Shown: piece after piece, positions 21,601 through 30,006 of the stretch
How positions within the stretch are numbered: the stretch's first letter is position 1
Layout: the number at the start of each line of letters is the position of its first letter
Origin: a virus
Reading direction: 5' to 3' (one strand)
Virus record (IMG/VR): IMGVR_UViG_3300028829_004140
Coordinates: 1 to 64,000 of that record
Length of the DNA: 64,000 nucleotides
The notes under the pieces: model-generated
The model's database searches: none
Seen by the model: the letters and a program-made list of their open reading frames with translations, nothing else
What the model was told of the DNA's origin: nothing
Translations under genes and position numbers: made by a program

Positions 21601-22105
21601 TGCCATGTTAACAGAGGGTGAGTTTGTTATGAATGCCAAATCTTCGGCTGACGTGGGACTTCCAAACCTAAAATACATGAACGAAAATGGTGCCATACCC
21701 GAGAAATTCGCTAAGGGTGGTGTTGTTGGAGGGGTGAAAACCTCATATTTGAGACGTGGCGGTTCTCCTCGCGGATCAGGGGGTCCACTAGAGATAAATA
21801 CTGGGTCATTTAGTGAGGTATTGGATAAATTTAGTGCGGCTTTTGGTAGTAGGCTTGATAATATGGTATTAAACTTTGATGTTTTAGGAAATGCCATGAA
21901 TAATCTTTCCTCAGTAATAACACAAGGAATGAAAGTTAATCATTCATTTAGTGGAGACATGACGATGACATTCAATCTGCCAGATAGTGCGGTTTCGGAT
22001 ATTGTGAAATCGGTAGCAGATGCTATTACTCCTAAAATGAAAGAAAGCATCAAGCAAGAAGTTGATAAGCGATTTAATCCAAATTCATTTAATGGGGGAC
22101 AGTAA
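12668..22105 (+). CDS. Tail tape measure protein (3145 aa) with TP901-type N-terminal domain, hydrophobic segments and four DxVPAxLxxGEFV modules
   Basis: Longest ORF, downstream of tube and chaperones. PhageMin_Tail-like region (..AETIATGFRTIFTRL..LGISL.D..GKF..). Ala-rich hydrophobic stretches and coiled-coil composition. Confidence 0.9.
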   Translation: MAAFNLTAEIQLQAPNTKGVASQIQRDLNGIKLNIDVGKNARNLASLQQNLNGLAKQGDRTSKSFNILSRNVAEAARRFSVITVATGSFIALARGVKTSIGSAIEFQRELVKISQVTGKSIDQLKGLQSEVTRLSTTLGVSNAELLQTSRVLAQAGLSALKTRQALDVLAQTTLAPTFDTIIDTTEGAIAILNQFGRQAAKTGNDIRFLEESLDAINAVSKNFAVESSDLIATVRRTGGVFEAAGGNLKELIALFTSVRQTTREGAETIATGFRTIFTRLQRKDTIEALNELGISLQDAEGKFIGPLKAIEKLAIGLSGLDPKDVRFNEIVEQLGGFRQIGKVIPLIKQFQVTQQALAVANNSVGSTSKDAQEAQKALSVQLGKTRESFDALIRKFTDSSTFQDSAKFVLKLANTFLKFAESLETVLPLLTQIAAIKLGRSLAPGLSQIFGRGAQKRNAGGKILGFNSGGVVPGSGNRDTVPAMLTPGEFVIRKSSVNKLGAGTLAAMNENRFNRGARIKEELDQQRKTDVFDFKEGATIKAGKGGSGSLKAALTQADLQADVDPYQAVFLRPEAKGKQFNGEISASNLKTAVKEAIEGTNIPKTELGTANQIAERYAKRNKFTLTAGSLAAPESARLEGTLLDGVFETAKRGAKDINNSLGIQGEKNIATALRSANIDQVLGNLFEVVLSNAGAPFGMPDTDPPNAPFDFPSGLGDMAKKFGLQQGIETEAKSFFSGDNLATINKKIQNQLINESIDELRAIYRQNLTGSKEISLDEAKKAFGSTRLNKDDVTRLAEERGLDFTGLGGGKYTLNKKNAGGGISGSDTVPALLTPGEFVMNKSASQSIGYTNLNRMNKHGVQGYADGGIVGFQSYATGTGTLGARSAGAVNFKGINSITGAVSRLSKSLAKMGVSVDNQIPVLKKFEEELKNGVKASEAIARTFEDTDINVSKTSDKPDGSSDDLREALEGVADSSEEVSDANKEQASKIRGIGETFNKVSTAALAISFAGGTLIESFGGITEEQKVFSQAVLNTVSANLALGGQFASLGYEVAAQISTSSILKKSTLQTALALDKLSGSATKTSATGGSGSAVGNAAGKALGVAATAVAVGFIVSSIVKGITEGYKAVERLQLDAANKVADKQLEALEEGRGASEKDFVSARQKAAGADLNIQRLEEQGSAGSSAALTTGVVVGTAGLAVSAGSAAIAASSLTGSLATAAVAVNAIPVAGQVASVALIAAAAAASAATFAFYAAAESEKEKAEVNELLAKTSKNYALTQFRSIKAAKALTDNLQSAADAGASASTQIGILASATNNAQSEIKNNASRLSDATEQEAELRKKLIDQGVLTEKGNVSSGADTDDDSVKDQLKTLEQLTKQREAAEKADIELIKTTTQKAAVFRTLAQKAVSEGLTEIGKLGPAALANINGLDGLAKITPDLSRSITVAKNKFEELKNLELKKALEGEDDEGVKNALRRKSEAEIIVSQIELVKSAEEQILAQQRVARASLLTEQAERQKALTLLKVNKNLSAFNLLLLQSDKLSGLYDAVEDFGKGGSFGAVKFDTSIFDITFKQLNDKAIERINNLGRGAIGKDATGFAKNIRDVKNITKGLPSVFESFRRSGKDSEIVDIPTLKKQLSQQIARDVPGGLDGLGGDIRAIIEKNADEAIGSGIKGSLTFESQEKLNKELEEAIQGQIDVFKRGVEIQNQFLQKLADLDSKIISAQGRIIDAQVRVSDAFERNADRLADASERPRSRQEKEAGRLRTASIGLGATARQAGARAGDVTATAKAFKSLTLESRNLRKKQRQLARSTSPNPKTTNMIAKLGSSANDAAKGAARAKAELERLADQSARAADVEKDLTKLREKRSEAESLQESVAFGSDEQRQEIFKGFRLLNQSIMQGGIQGANSEQRASIGNALDSIGSQLINFEGQQVTGKELKQIFAARETGRLGAFGLNNFIDNLRKAENPLLGELKDIAKTELTATAALAMVETQELRVLKDIRTALVGTFPEELANAQNDAANDLGKGEEDAGRGIAANQDTLVKLNQTIATQTKRVADLTEKMAEKQGINIEAIEDLDRARQRQNEAQNRSRGGPIYMNDGGVVPGSAPTPKGMEEVFKPKGTDNVPAYLSEGEFVIKKSSVDKIGTDALHQINNGGTVYAKEGSKKAIGKKDEDNLLNAVFGSVNNFVNNEMGSSALGSMRGERRDPLSPFDPKFALGYTRDERLEDFNFINDAIDGIASFTSADINIMPEALKIVDSVPIFSKLLEDTKALSYLPGGGLANAMLKKANESVFAEGKLLDPRRLQNRQGDQKGIKLFKEGMYASQNKLDQVRDDNALALMSGVVPASVYEAAELIPENSLEQTDKQKIVSQLSDKELERLTQVGASITQNSNIKTADTTGGSIARFLGEGILEKGIGQDTIFNKALDYLPGGGLGNAMLEKANESVFAAGKAKKSDDDLYSSIEVSPLWEDAMDEKMKRLAEERINKNKFIIAQGEKQRELAGKTLESLGVRERIDANWVKTAKNRNEFGPKEGSSGYDFTTVSDVNQLEAMAAGFDPTATFDKKTGKWKGEALADDKLGGLRFSARAELDARRRVEDDKKRIERYRETLKIRGAEAAEKYAKDVGIWKSVSDEHKTPVKTIAQEYQESKDKQDLEDLRKRKEYLDEQARKKAEFDGSIAGADKTNAGFGTMGGGDIEYSFGILQMQKEKADAQKALDQTIPGSVAYNKAKRDLEELQDPNLAASNFNADQKRRQDSKMFFGGSKENLKSISEKNKRSASNYDKSMAPLLAKMESLKDNINKEKNQVRAARMQENYDSISQELGQIQDRAIELQKNKNEEGMEEVFKPTRQNVNSRRKARLAEQRGRLSGTKSNTGRNRILPDETKEDGDDFSRDKYNRLLRVNGLAAASRYATSKNKNPQQLTTGNNQPGQQRAGGQQQQILQFIFNLLKQGGIDPIELAKGFNKGGGTVDNIPAMLTEGEFVMNAKSSADVGLPNLKYMNENGAIPEKFAKGGVVGGVKTSYLRRGGSPRGSGGPLEINTGSFSEVLDKFSAAFGSRLDNMVLNFDVLGNAMNNLSSVITQGMKVNHSFSGDMTMTFNLPDSAVSDIVKSVADAITPKMKESIKQEVDKRFNPNSFNGGQ
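19261..19353 (+). repeat. Imperfect 33-bp repeat at 60-bp spacing inside the TMP
   Basis: cgctcttggttccatgcgtggtgaaaggcgtga vs cgctcttggttacacgcgtgatgaaaggcttga (4 mismatches). Confidence 0.8.
19484..20029 (+). repeat. 84-bp direct repeat inside the TMP (19484-19567 and 19946-20029)
   Basis: 79/84 identical; encodes KAL.YLPGGGL.NAML.KANESVFA.GK twice. Confidence 0.9.
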
Positions 22106-22108
22106 AGT

Positions 22109-22801
22109 ATGCCTATAGTGGGTGGTATTGGTCTTCTAACCAATAAAAATTTGTTTATTAAAGGTTATCCAGATGGATCTGGTGTTTCGCCTTTGTTTAT
22201 TGGGCCTGCAAACAGGGAGAATATTGAACAAACCCTGTTTACTACTGGTCCAGTAGCATCTGATGTTCCTCTGTTTATTGGATTTGATCAAGTTTCTTCT
22301 GGTTCCCAAAGTGCTTATATACTAGGGACTCAAGGTTTTGGAGGTAGTCCTGACCAGTTAGACATAACTTTAAGAATCGAAGGAACGGATGGATCGCTTT
22401 TTACAGACATAAACACACTTACGCTTTTAGGACCGGAAAAGATTGATGATAATTCAACAACAACTTTATTTACTGAAGCTGGCTCAATCCCAACCGGGTC
22501 TGGAACTTTACAGTTCTTTACCGAAGGGGCTAGTGCAACCACAACCAATCCCGTGTTAGAAAACTCCACAGTAAATCTTTTTATTAGAAATGAACAGACA
22601 TTTAATTCTGATGCCACGCTTTATGTAGAGAAAGACTTTAACACTGCTGAAACGAGTACCCTGTTTCTAAAAAGCAACACACCTAGCGGAGTCGCGACCT
22701 TATATTCGTCGGGGGTTGGGGTTAATACTGCCTCCGCTAACCTGTTAATAAAAGCGCCAGAAGTTAGAAAAATGAGTATATTTTCGCGTGGATATAATTA
22801 G
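22109..22801 (+). CDS. Hypothetical tail-associated protein with short LF[I/T]xG repeats
   Basis: Follows the TMP; Thr/Ser-rich with repeated LFI/LFT motifs. Confidence 0.65.
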   Translation: MPIVGGIGLLTNKNLFIKGYPDGSGVSPLFIGPANRENIEQTLFTTGPVASDVPLFIGFDQVSSGSQSAYILGTQGFGGSPDQLDITLRIEGTDGSLFTDINTLTLLGPEKIDDNSTTTLFTEAGSIPTGSGTLQFFTEGASATTTNPVLENSTVNLFIRNEQTFNSDATLYVEKDFNTAETSTLFLKSNTPSGVATLYSSGVGVNTASANLLIKAPEVRKMSIFSRGYN

Positions 22802-22811
22802 GAGATAATTA

Positions 22812-25037
22812 ATGACAAGTTTTACTTACACTATCCCAAACGTTAGCCCGATACAGATTTCTGGCGCCCCTTTGCCAGCGGTAGATCCTAATACTGGCAG
22901 CGGTTTTCCTCTGGCTGGCCCGTTACCAAGCTACACAATTGAAACGGAGTTGCTTCGCAAGGGAAATTTGTACCTTGGTCAAAAATTCATTATTACCATT
23001 ACCGGAACAACTCTTGTAGATCCTTCAAAAAGTATGCTTGTTAAAGGAGAAAGACAGGCGGCTGTTGCTGAAAAGGTTACAGAGATTATATCTCTTACTT
23101 ATGGAAATAACAAGGATATCGGTCCCCGTGCTGGATCTTTAGTTATAACAGATAGGGGCGGAATAAATCCCATAACCTTTACTGATGCGATTTTGATAAG
23201 CGTAGAAGCATCTGAGCAGACTGAGGAAAGTCAAGGCGTTCAAGATCAAAGTTACGTGTTCACCTTTGAAAGTAATAATTTTTCATGCAAGGATGAAAAT
23301 GGAAACCCTATATCAACCCTTGATAGCTTGTATAAACCTAGTGTAGATTCTACTACTGGCGGTGCAGTAGACAGGTCATTACAACCAGACTCTAGATATA
23401 TTATTGACTATTCCGAAGATTGGTCGCTAACGCCAAATGAAGATGTTAAAACAATAAAAGACCCATTTAAAAAAGAAGGTCTAGAACCTAGACAAGATTT
23501 AGATCCTGATAAGGCGGAAGAGTCCCCTTCAAACGTGTTTAAGACATGGACTTTAACTCACAATATATCTGCGACAGGCATTCCGTTTAATAGCCCTCTA
23601 GATAATAGCGAAGAGCCTCAAGATGCGATTGGTTATGGCAATAATGCCGCTGGTTTTCGTTGGGCTAAGAGGTTTATTGATGCTCGACTGCGAACTATGG
23701 GTAACGATCCTCTGGATAATACTACTACGGTATGGGGAGAAGGTGAGGGTACAGATGGTCAAGGAAACTCACTTAGATTTAGAAAACCTGAAACTATCAC
23801 ATCTGCACCAATAAACAACGACCCCGGCGACAAAATTTTAGGCGAAAATTCCAGTAACCTGCCTAAAGAAGCTCATACTTATAAAACTAGCGAGAAGGCT
23901 TCAAATTTTAAAGCTTTCAATCAAGTGAATCAATTTCAAAGAGGCGTGACAGAAGGAACCTATTCTGTTACTCGAACTTGGCAGATTGCTAATATGTTTG
24001 GGTTTAAAACTCCCGCAAAAATGGAAGTGGACTTTACTTTAGACGGTGGAATTGCCGGTTCCAGTGTAAATACAATAGGTGTAAATATTTCAGTAGAAGG
24101 CTGGAGCGAGCCTAACGACGGAGACAACGCTGCTGTAGGCTCGATTGATGAGTCTCCTAATCTAGGAGAGATGGGGTTAGATACTAAGTATAAACATGCT
24201 TGGAATTGGGTAAATAATTACGTGTTAGCATTACCTTTGCCAAGAAAAGCACCTTCTTCGCCAGAAAGTTTTACCCCTCCCGGACCAGAAATTGCTGAAC
24301 CTAAGACTTATGCCACGGATTTGATATATGAATGGGCAAGACGGTATTACGAAGACGTTGTGGGTTCGAGGCCACAGTCTCCTCAAGAGGGCAATGTTAG
24401 GATTGTGGAAGCTAATATTCCCGATTGGAGAAGGGATAATAAAGCTATTCAGCTTCAGCCGATACCATTGACTTTTAGCAGAACAGATAATGAGACTGCT
24501 GGAACTATCACTATATCAACTTCGTTTAATGATCAAGAACCCTTATTTAAGGGTGCGACTTCAGCAGATGTTAGTGTTGATATGGGCAACGAAGATGGAT
24601 CAATTCAGGGCATTGCTATAAAGCCTGTCATTGGTAAAGAAGATGGTCCAGTCATTCAAGATATGAAAATTACACCTGAGAGAACTAGAAGTGTTACATT
24701 GAATTTAGTTATGGATAGATATTATAGATATGTTGTACCTGATGGATTTATCTGGATCGACAAGTATTGGAAACCTCTTCTTGGTAAATATACAAAGGGT
24801 CCAAACGCAGGTAAAGATATACCTGTTTATATAAGAAGTAGGAATCAAAACTGGAACCCTATAACGGGACAATATAGCGCATCAGTAGAGTATGTTTGGA
24901 CAGAATTTAATCCTTTACCTTTCGAAGATAATGAAAAACCAGAAAATTATGAACCGCAGTCGAACAAAACTGGAGTTAATCCTGATGGAGCTGGAACTAT
25001 ACGTAGAGTAGACCAAGGTCCAGTAGAACAAGCCTAA
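22812..25037 (+). CDS. Putative tail-tip (distal tail-like) protein
   Basis: AGGAG RBS; large beta-rich protein after the TMP. Confidence 0.55.
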   Translation: MTSFTYTIPNVSPIQISGAPLPAVDPNTGSGFPLAGPLPSYTIETELLRKGNLYLGQKFIITITGTTLVDPSKSMLVKGERQAAVAEKVTEIISLTYGNNKDIGPRAGSLVITDRGGINPITFTDAILISVEASEQTEESQGVQDQSYVFTFESNNFSCKDENGNPISTLDSLYKPSVDSTTGGAVDRSLQPDSRYIIDYSEDWSLTPNEDVKTIKDPFKKEGLEPRQDLDPDKAEESPSNVFKTWTLTHNISATGIPFNSPLDNSEEPQDAIGYGNNAAGFRWAKRFIDARLRTMGNDPLDNTTTVWGEGEGTDGQGNSLRFRKPETITSAPINNDPGDKILGENSSNLPKEAHTYKTSEKASNFKAFNQVNQFQRGVTEGTYSVTRTWQIANMFGFKTPAKMEVDFTLDGGIAGSSVNTIGVNISVEGWSEPNDGDNAAVGSIDESPNLGEMGLDTKYKHAWNWVNNYVLALPLPRKAPSSPESFTPPGPEIAEPKTYATDLIYEWARRYYEDVVGSRPQSPQEGNVRIVEANIPDWRRDNKAIQLQPIPLTFSRTDNETAGTITISTSFNDQEPLFKGATSADVSVDMGNEDGSIQGIAIKPVIGKEDGPVIQDMKITPERTRSVTLNLVMDRYYRYVVPDGFIWIDKYWKPLLGKYTKGPNAGKDIPVYIRSRNQNWNPITGQYSASVEYVWTEFNPLPFEDNEKPENYEPQSNKTGVNPDGAGTIRRVDQGPVEQA

Positions 25038-25065
25038 TAAACATATATACAATTAGAGGAAGGTA

Positions 25066-27963
25066 ATGCCACCGCCTATTATAATACAAAAACCTATTTT
25101 TATGTTTGGAGCTTATGTTTCAAACCTGTCGGTGTCTATTGGATGGGGAGGGCAGGGGGGAAGTCTGCAAGTTACTTTAGTTGAAGATCCTATTAATGGT
25201 ATATTCATACCTAAAGAAAACGGAGAAGTGGATGGAACTGGCAATCCCTTTTATGGGGCGCCAAACTCACCCTCTACAGGAACTCCTTGTTTTTTTAAGT
25301 TGGGAAAATTCTATTTTGCTGGAATATTTCAAAGGTGGACATATAAAGAGGATGCTGTAAATGGTAGAACTTATGATGTTATTTTAGAGTCTCCATCTAA
25401 GCTAATGGACGGTGTTCAGCTCATTATTGAAAACTTTAACGGTGCAACAGATCTTTTTGCTAACCAGTATAATCAATGGCAATTTTCTACAAACGCTTAT
25501 GGTGGTGGAAATGAGCCTATTTTTGACGCTGTTTATGGTAACACAAAGTCTCGACAAGATCGAAATGGAACTGCGACAAATATATTTAACCTTTTTGCCT
25601 ATTGGGAAAATCCTGATTATGGATGGCATACAGCGATAGATGACGGAGTATTTGGTAAAGGCGGTGTTAAACCTAATAATAGACCTAAGCAGATATATAA
25701 TAACTTTGGCGCTTCTGGTTTTAATTCTAGTGGAACGTCTATATTAAAACTTTTGATTGCTTCTGATGAGTTAATGAAAGTTGATTCAGAGAACAAGTTT
25801 GGTGGAGGTATTCAGTTTGGACTAGATAAACCTGAGATTGAAGCAGGCGTCAGCTCAGAGTATGATTTTGATTGGGATGCGCTGGCAAAATTTTATGTAG
25901 AAGAGGGTATTGATAGTGCAGAATTAGACAATATAAGAATCCAAGGTCCGGTAAAGTCTATCAATGGATTAGTCTCGGAGTTGGCAGAATTTCATCAGTT
26001 TGATTTTTATTATACAATCAACCCACAAGGTGGTCCAGATACTGTTAATAATCTTATAGTTTATCATAATGATCCGAAAAATTATGGTGTAGAAATTCAG
26101 TCTTCTGAAGGTGGCGGCCTTTTATCAGATACTCGACAGCCGATGGTGACCCAAGAAAGAGCAGAAATTGCCTTAAAAGTTACTTCTAAAAGAAAACCAC
26201 CAAAAGCACACGCAATTAGGGATTTTATTAAAGAAGAAGCTGCACTCCCTAAAGAAGAAAGGTCGATAATGTCTTATGACCTTGGTAAGGAGTTTGCTGA
26301 CTCTACGACTCAAAAGATGATATGGGGATCTAGAAGAACTAGGTATTTAGAGATCAACGGTAGAGTTAGGACAGGAAGTACGACAAAAGCTTTTGGCTTT
26401 AATCCTTCAGTTTCTTCTCAGTACGCAGTTTGGGGAAAAAATAACAGCAATGTCACAGATGCTTATAACATGGTAGGACTTGCTGGTATTGTTTATGGAA
26501 ACTTATCGGGAGCGCGTAGAATATTCATTCCGGGGTACGGGGATTATCTTGCGACTCCTTTAGAGATGAGAATGGCACTTGGTGGAAAAACTCCTTGGCA
26601 GATATACAAAACCTTTCAAACTTTGTCAAACAATGAGCCTAATGGTCAAAATAACATTTTCAACACTCCTTGGAGTGCTACACAAGATTTTACTAGTGAC
26701 CTTCTTAATCAGCTGAGTCGAAACATAGGTAACAGTTTTGATTTAACGGTAACTAATCTTACAAAAGCAAATAACCAATGGTTGCCTGCTCTTAATCAGA
26801 TAAATGACACTATTTTTTCTGGGGTCAGCGCTATCGCTAACAGTTCGTATAAGCAAGAGTATTATTGCCTCCTGCCTAACGAAATTTCTAATCCTTATTA
26901 CAACGTTTACTATCCCGAGGATGAGTCTGAGGCTATAAAAACTTGGGACATATCTAGCTCTGCATTTATCAAGTATGGGCAGTTTTCTCCAGTTTTAGAT
27001 GTTAGTTATTTTGATCAAAGTGGAAAAATGCTTCCCTCTGTAGGATATCCGTATGCTAGTACACAGGGTCAGATTGACTTATCTAGCTTAGGTTCTGACT
27101 ATACATTGGGTATAAATGGAGCTAACGGTCTAGTTGTTTCTAAAAAAGGAGGTCCGTCAGGAGAGTCTTATTTCTACTCACCATTTGGAAGATTTGGAAC
27201 CTTATTTAAAACAGGGTCGCAACCAAAGATTTTTGACGCTATGACTACTCCTGATTTTGGACTAACCAAGTTGGCAGCTTTCTTTTTTGGCATAAATATT
27301 CCTCCATCCGCATATATAGCAAATGGCAAGGAGTCTTTACAGTTTCAAATTCCTCCTGATGTGTTGCAACCAGAATATTTTGGAATACCTCAAGAAAGTC
27401 AAAGGTTTAGTTATGGTCCTTGGATTACTCTTAATAAAGAGTCTGGAGGTTTTTATAGCCCATTTGGAAAAGCCGAGGCTCAGGAGATTACACAGCTTAA
27501 CCCAGAGACATTCGGGGGTTATGCTGAGTTACAGGACGCTGGGGGTGTTTATGCCGCCGTTGCAAATACGGATATGTATGAGTCAGAAAGTGGTTATATG
27601 CAAATGGTTGGCGCTCCGGCTTGGAATTTAGGAGAAAGGTTTGTTAGTTTAGGTCCATATGTGAGTAGTATGGATATAACTGTAGACGCTACAGGAGGTA
27701 TTGCCACTTCCTATAAATTTAATACTTGGACTCCTGAATTTGGTAAGCTGTCAAAGTATAATGTTGACAGAATAGCAAAGACTAATAAATCAGCTTGGTC
27801 CAGATCGCAGCAATTACGGGGAAAAATATCCAAACCACCATTACCTAAATTGCCTTTCGAAAGATCAGACTACAAAGAATTAAATAAGGCCAAAGAATCT
27901 GCTCACGCTATGAATGTTATAATGACGAATATGGCTAATCAAATACCTGACCCCCAAAATTAA
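25066..27963 (+). CDS. Putative tail-tip hub/baseplate protein
   Basis: 965 aa. N-terminal 'VSIGWG..GGSLQVTLVED...FAGIFQRW' and C-terminal 'GPYVSSMDITVDA.GGI.TSY.F' resemble hub proteins. Position after the TMP. Confidence 0.55.
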   Translation: MPPPIIIQKPIFMFGAYVSNLSVSIGWGGQGGSLQVTLVEDPINGIFIPKENGEVDGTGNPFYGAPNSPSTGTPCFFKLGKFYFAGIFQRWTYKEDAVNGRTYDVILESPSKLMDGVQLIIENFNGATDLFANQYNQWQFSTNAYGGGNEPIFDAVYGNTKSRQDRNGTATNIFNLFAYWENPDYGWHTAIDDGVFGKGGVKPNNRPKQIYNNFGASGFNSSGTSILKLLIASDELMKVDSENKFGGGIQFGLDKPEIEAGVSSEYDFDWDALAKFYVEEGIDSAELDNIRIQGPVKSINGLVSELAEFHQFDFYYTINPQGGPDTVNNLIVYHNDPKNYGVEIQSSEGGGLLSDTRQPMVTQERAEIALKVTSKRKPPKAHAIRDFIKEEAALPKEERSIMSYDLGKEFADSTTQKMIWGSRRTRYLEINGRVRTGSTTKAFGFNPSVSSQYAVWGKNNSNVTDAYNMVGLAGIVYGNLSGARRIFIPGYGDYLATPLEMRMALGGKTPWQIYKTFQTLSNNEPNGQNNIFNTPWSATQDFTSDLLNQLSRNIGNSFDLTVTNLTKANNQWLPALNQINDTIFSGVSAIANSSYKQEYYCLLPNEISNPYYNVYYPEDESEAIKTWDISSSAFIKYGQFSPVLDVSYFDQSGKMLPSVGYPYASTQGQIDLSSLGSDYTLGINGANGLVVSKKGGPSGESYFYSPFGRFGTLFKTGSQPKIFDAMTTPDFGLTKLAAFFFGINIPPSAYIANGKESLQFQIPPDVLQPEYFGIPQESQRFSYGPWITLNKESGGFYSPFGKAEAQEITQLNPETFGGYAELQDAGGVYAAVANTDMYESESGYMQMVGAPAWNLGERFVSLGPYVSSMDITVDATGGIATSYKFNTWTPEFGKLSKYNVDRIAKTNKSAWSRSQQLRGKISKPPLPKLPFERSDYKELNKAKESAHAMNVIMTNMANQIPDPQN

Positions 27964-28023
27964 AATAAACAAGAGAACCCCCAACAGTAAACAATTGGAC
28001 AAAATAAAAAAGGAAATTAAAGA

Positions 28024-28902
28024 ATGACAGATATATCAGCTACAGTAGTAGATGCAACAGGCGCAGCCGCAGCTTTAGCTAATGATCCGGGCAATTCTGC
28101 GTTGAGCAGTAGCGAACAGATTTATTCTCCTATATTTATAGTTAGATCTAACAATGCAGCGGGTCATTCGATAAGCTCTTTTGCTCAACCCTTGGCGTCT
28201 CCGTACTCTTCTGGTCAGTACGGATCTCAGCATGTAGGACCAACAAGGTCGGAATTAGACCCATACTTTTCAAACTTTTTAAATAATCCTTCTGGATGGA
28301 TGGAAAGTAACGATTTTCAGATGATGTCTAATAACGGAGCGAGTATTCAAAACGGGGGAGCGGATGCTAATATTAGAAAAGTTAACAGGGGGGGTGTTAC
28401 TCAGGTGGCAGTAAATCACTTCAGGGGTCCGCTCTGTATATCTGGGTGGGGGACCGATCTAGCCGATAGACCTGTTCCATCAGTTAGTTCTAGTGGAGAT
28501 CGTAGTTGGGAGTTAGACCCTTCTGCGGTAAGTAGTAGAGCGACTTGGCGCGCTGGTCCTGTGGATCTCAAATGGGATGAAGAAAGGTCTGTATGGTCTG
28601 GCGGGCATCATTTGCTTTGTGGCTGGACTAAAGAGGTTCCAAAGGGGGAAATATGCGCCCCGTCTTCATTTACTATGCATGTTCTTCGTCTTAAAAACGG
28701 TATTGGTGGAGGATTAGATAGTGCATTTCGTGGAGAAACTGTTACGGTTCTGAACCATGATCCTAGCCTAAAAGAAGATGCAGAAGAAGGAAAGAAAATT
28801 TTCGTTATAGCCGGAAGAATAAACTACGAATGGGTTCCGCTTTGGGTGGGATGTCCAGAATGCGATAAGGGAGAGTGCAAGATCGAACCATGTGCTGCAT
28901 AA
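28024..28902 (+). CDS. Hypothetical tail-tip protein
   Basis: AAGGA RBS; continues the structural operon; Cys-rich C-terminus. Confidence 0.6.
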   Translation: MTDISATVVDATGAAAALANDPGNSALSSSEQIYSPIFIVRSNNAAGHSISSFAQPLASPYSSGQYGSQHVGPTRSELDPYFSNFLNNPSGWMESNDFQMMSNNGASIQNGGADANIRKVNRGGVTQVAVNHFRGPLCISGWGTDLADRPVPSVSSSGDRSWELDPSAVSSRATWRAGPVDLKWDEERSVWSGGHHLLCGWTKEVPKGEICAPSSFTMHVLRLKNGIGGGLDSAFRGETVTVLNHDPSLKEDAEEGKKIFVIAGRINYEWVPLWVGCPECDKGECKIEPCAA

Positions 28903-28950
28903 GCGGCGTTTGGTATGAAGCAGTCAAAATATTCAAAATCTACTTATTTA

Positions 28951-28958
28951 TGTGTATA
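28951..28958 (+). promoter_or_regulatory. Putative late-promoter motif TGTGTATA
   Basis: Intergenic, upstream of 28993; recurrent octamer. Confidence 0.55.
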
Positions 28959-28992
28959 ACACTATATAACCTAATAACAGGAGAAAATCCAA

Positions 28993-29988
28993 ATGGCAGA
29001 GATACGATTTCAATTACTAGGAAACTCAGACGGAACACCTTCTGTCGATACGTTGTCTGGTTCGGGCATGGCATTTTTTGGTTCTACAGCAGGATCGTCG
29101 GTGCAAATTGGTGCATATCAGGATACTAGTTACGTTTCGAACGGTGACGGAACCTCTTACACAAATTCTAGTTCTAATGTAAAATTTCAAACAACTTCAA
29201 CTTATCCCAGTGGACAGGTGGTTCTCGATGCTGTTGCCGGAACGCCCTCCAGTATGGGACTGTCGGGAGTTAGAACTATGTATGGAACTGTCGGTATTGA
29301 GTTTGGAAACTCTTCCGAAGTTAATGTTCAAAATGTGCAGCTAAGGGTTTATGACCGTGGAAATATTAATTACCCTGCGAGCGGCGTTAACACAAAGGTT
29401 GCGGAGATTGTAAACCATAATGGCTCAACTTTTAACTCTCAAGGTTCTGACAATGGGCTTTGTTCAGATGCTCAAGGAAGTGGAGACTTGTGGTGGTGGG
29501 GAGAGCCTTGGCCTAGCGAATACATTACCGGAGGAAAGAACTACTATACAAACAGTGTTGGTGAAACCTTTTACAATGGAACAGATAGTGACGCTGTTGT
29601 AAATGGTGATGCTAGACTCGCTTCAGCAGCTATTGCCGGAAGTTACGATTCTGTTGGAGGTAGCGGAATAAAGGTTCCTTTGCTAGATTCTCCGGGATCT
29701 GGACAGAAACAACTTCAGAATTCTGAGGTAGTAAGTGGCACTGGTATGGTTTGGCCGAAATGGACCCAGTACATAACAGACACTACTGATCAGACAGAAG
29801 TTTTTGGATTTTCCTTTGGAGACGGGAGCGATACGGTAAAAGTTGCTGGCATAGCTCCTATTGATAGGACTTTTGGAGGCAGTGGTGTAGATACTCATCA
29901 TACTTGGTCAGTTGCGCTTTCAGCATCTCCATTATCCACTGGACCCAAAGAGCAATACGGCTTATATGTTTCTCTTGAATTTGTTTAA
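28993..29988 (+). CDS. Hypothetical virion structural protein (Gly/Ser/Thr-rich)
   Basis: AGGAG RBS; composition typical of virion beta proteins. Confidence 0.65.
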   Translation: MAEIRFQLLGNSDGTPSVDTLSGSGMAFFGSTAGSSVQIGAYQDTSYVSNGDGTSYTNSSSNVKFQTTSTYPSGQVVLDAVAGTPSSMGLSGVRTMYGTVGIEFGNSSEVNVQNVQLRVYDRGNINYPASGVNTKVAEIVNHNGSTFNSQGSDNGLCSDAQGSGDLWWWGEPWPSEYITGGKNYYTNSVGETFYNGTDSDAVVNGDARLASAAIAGSYDSVGGSGIKVPLLDSPGSGQKQLQNSEVVSGTGMVWPKWTQYITDTTDQTEVFGFSFGDGSDTVKVAGIAPIDRTFGGSGVDTHHTWSVALSASPLSTGPKEQYGLYVSLEFV

Positions 29989-30006
29989 ACCGAACTAGGA
30001 AGTGGA

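Noticed and set aside
12797-22143. Many minus-strand ORFs within the TMP, and similar short opposite-strand or out-of-frame ORFs elsewhere (e.g. 28875..29129)
   Set aside because: Shadow ORFs fully overlapping well-supported genes, with no RBS or motifs.
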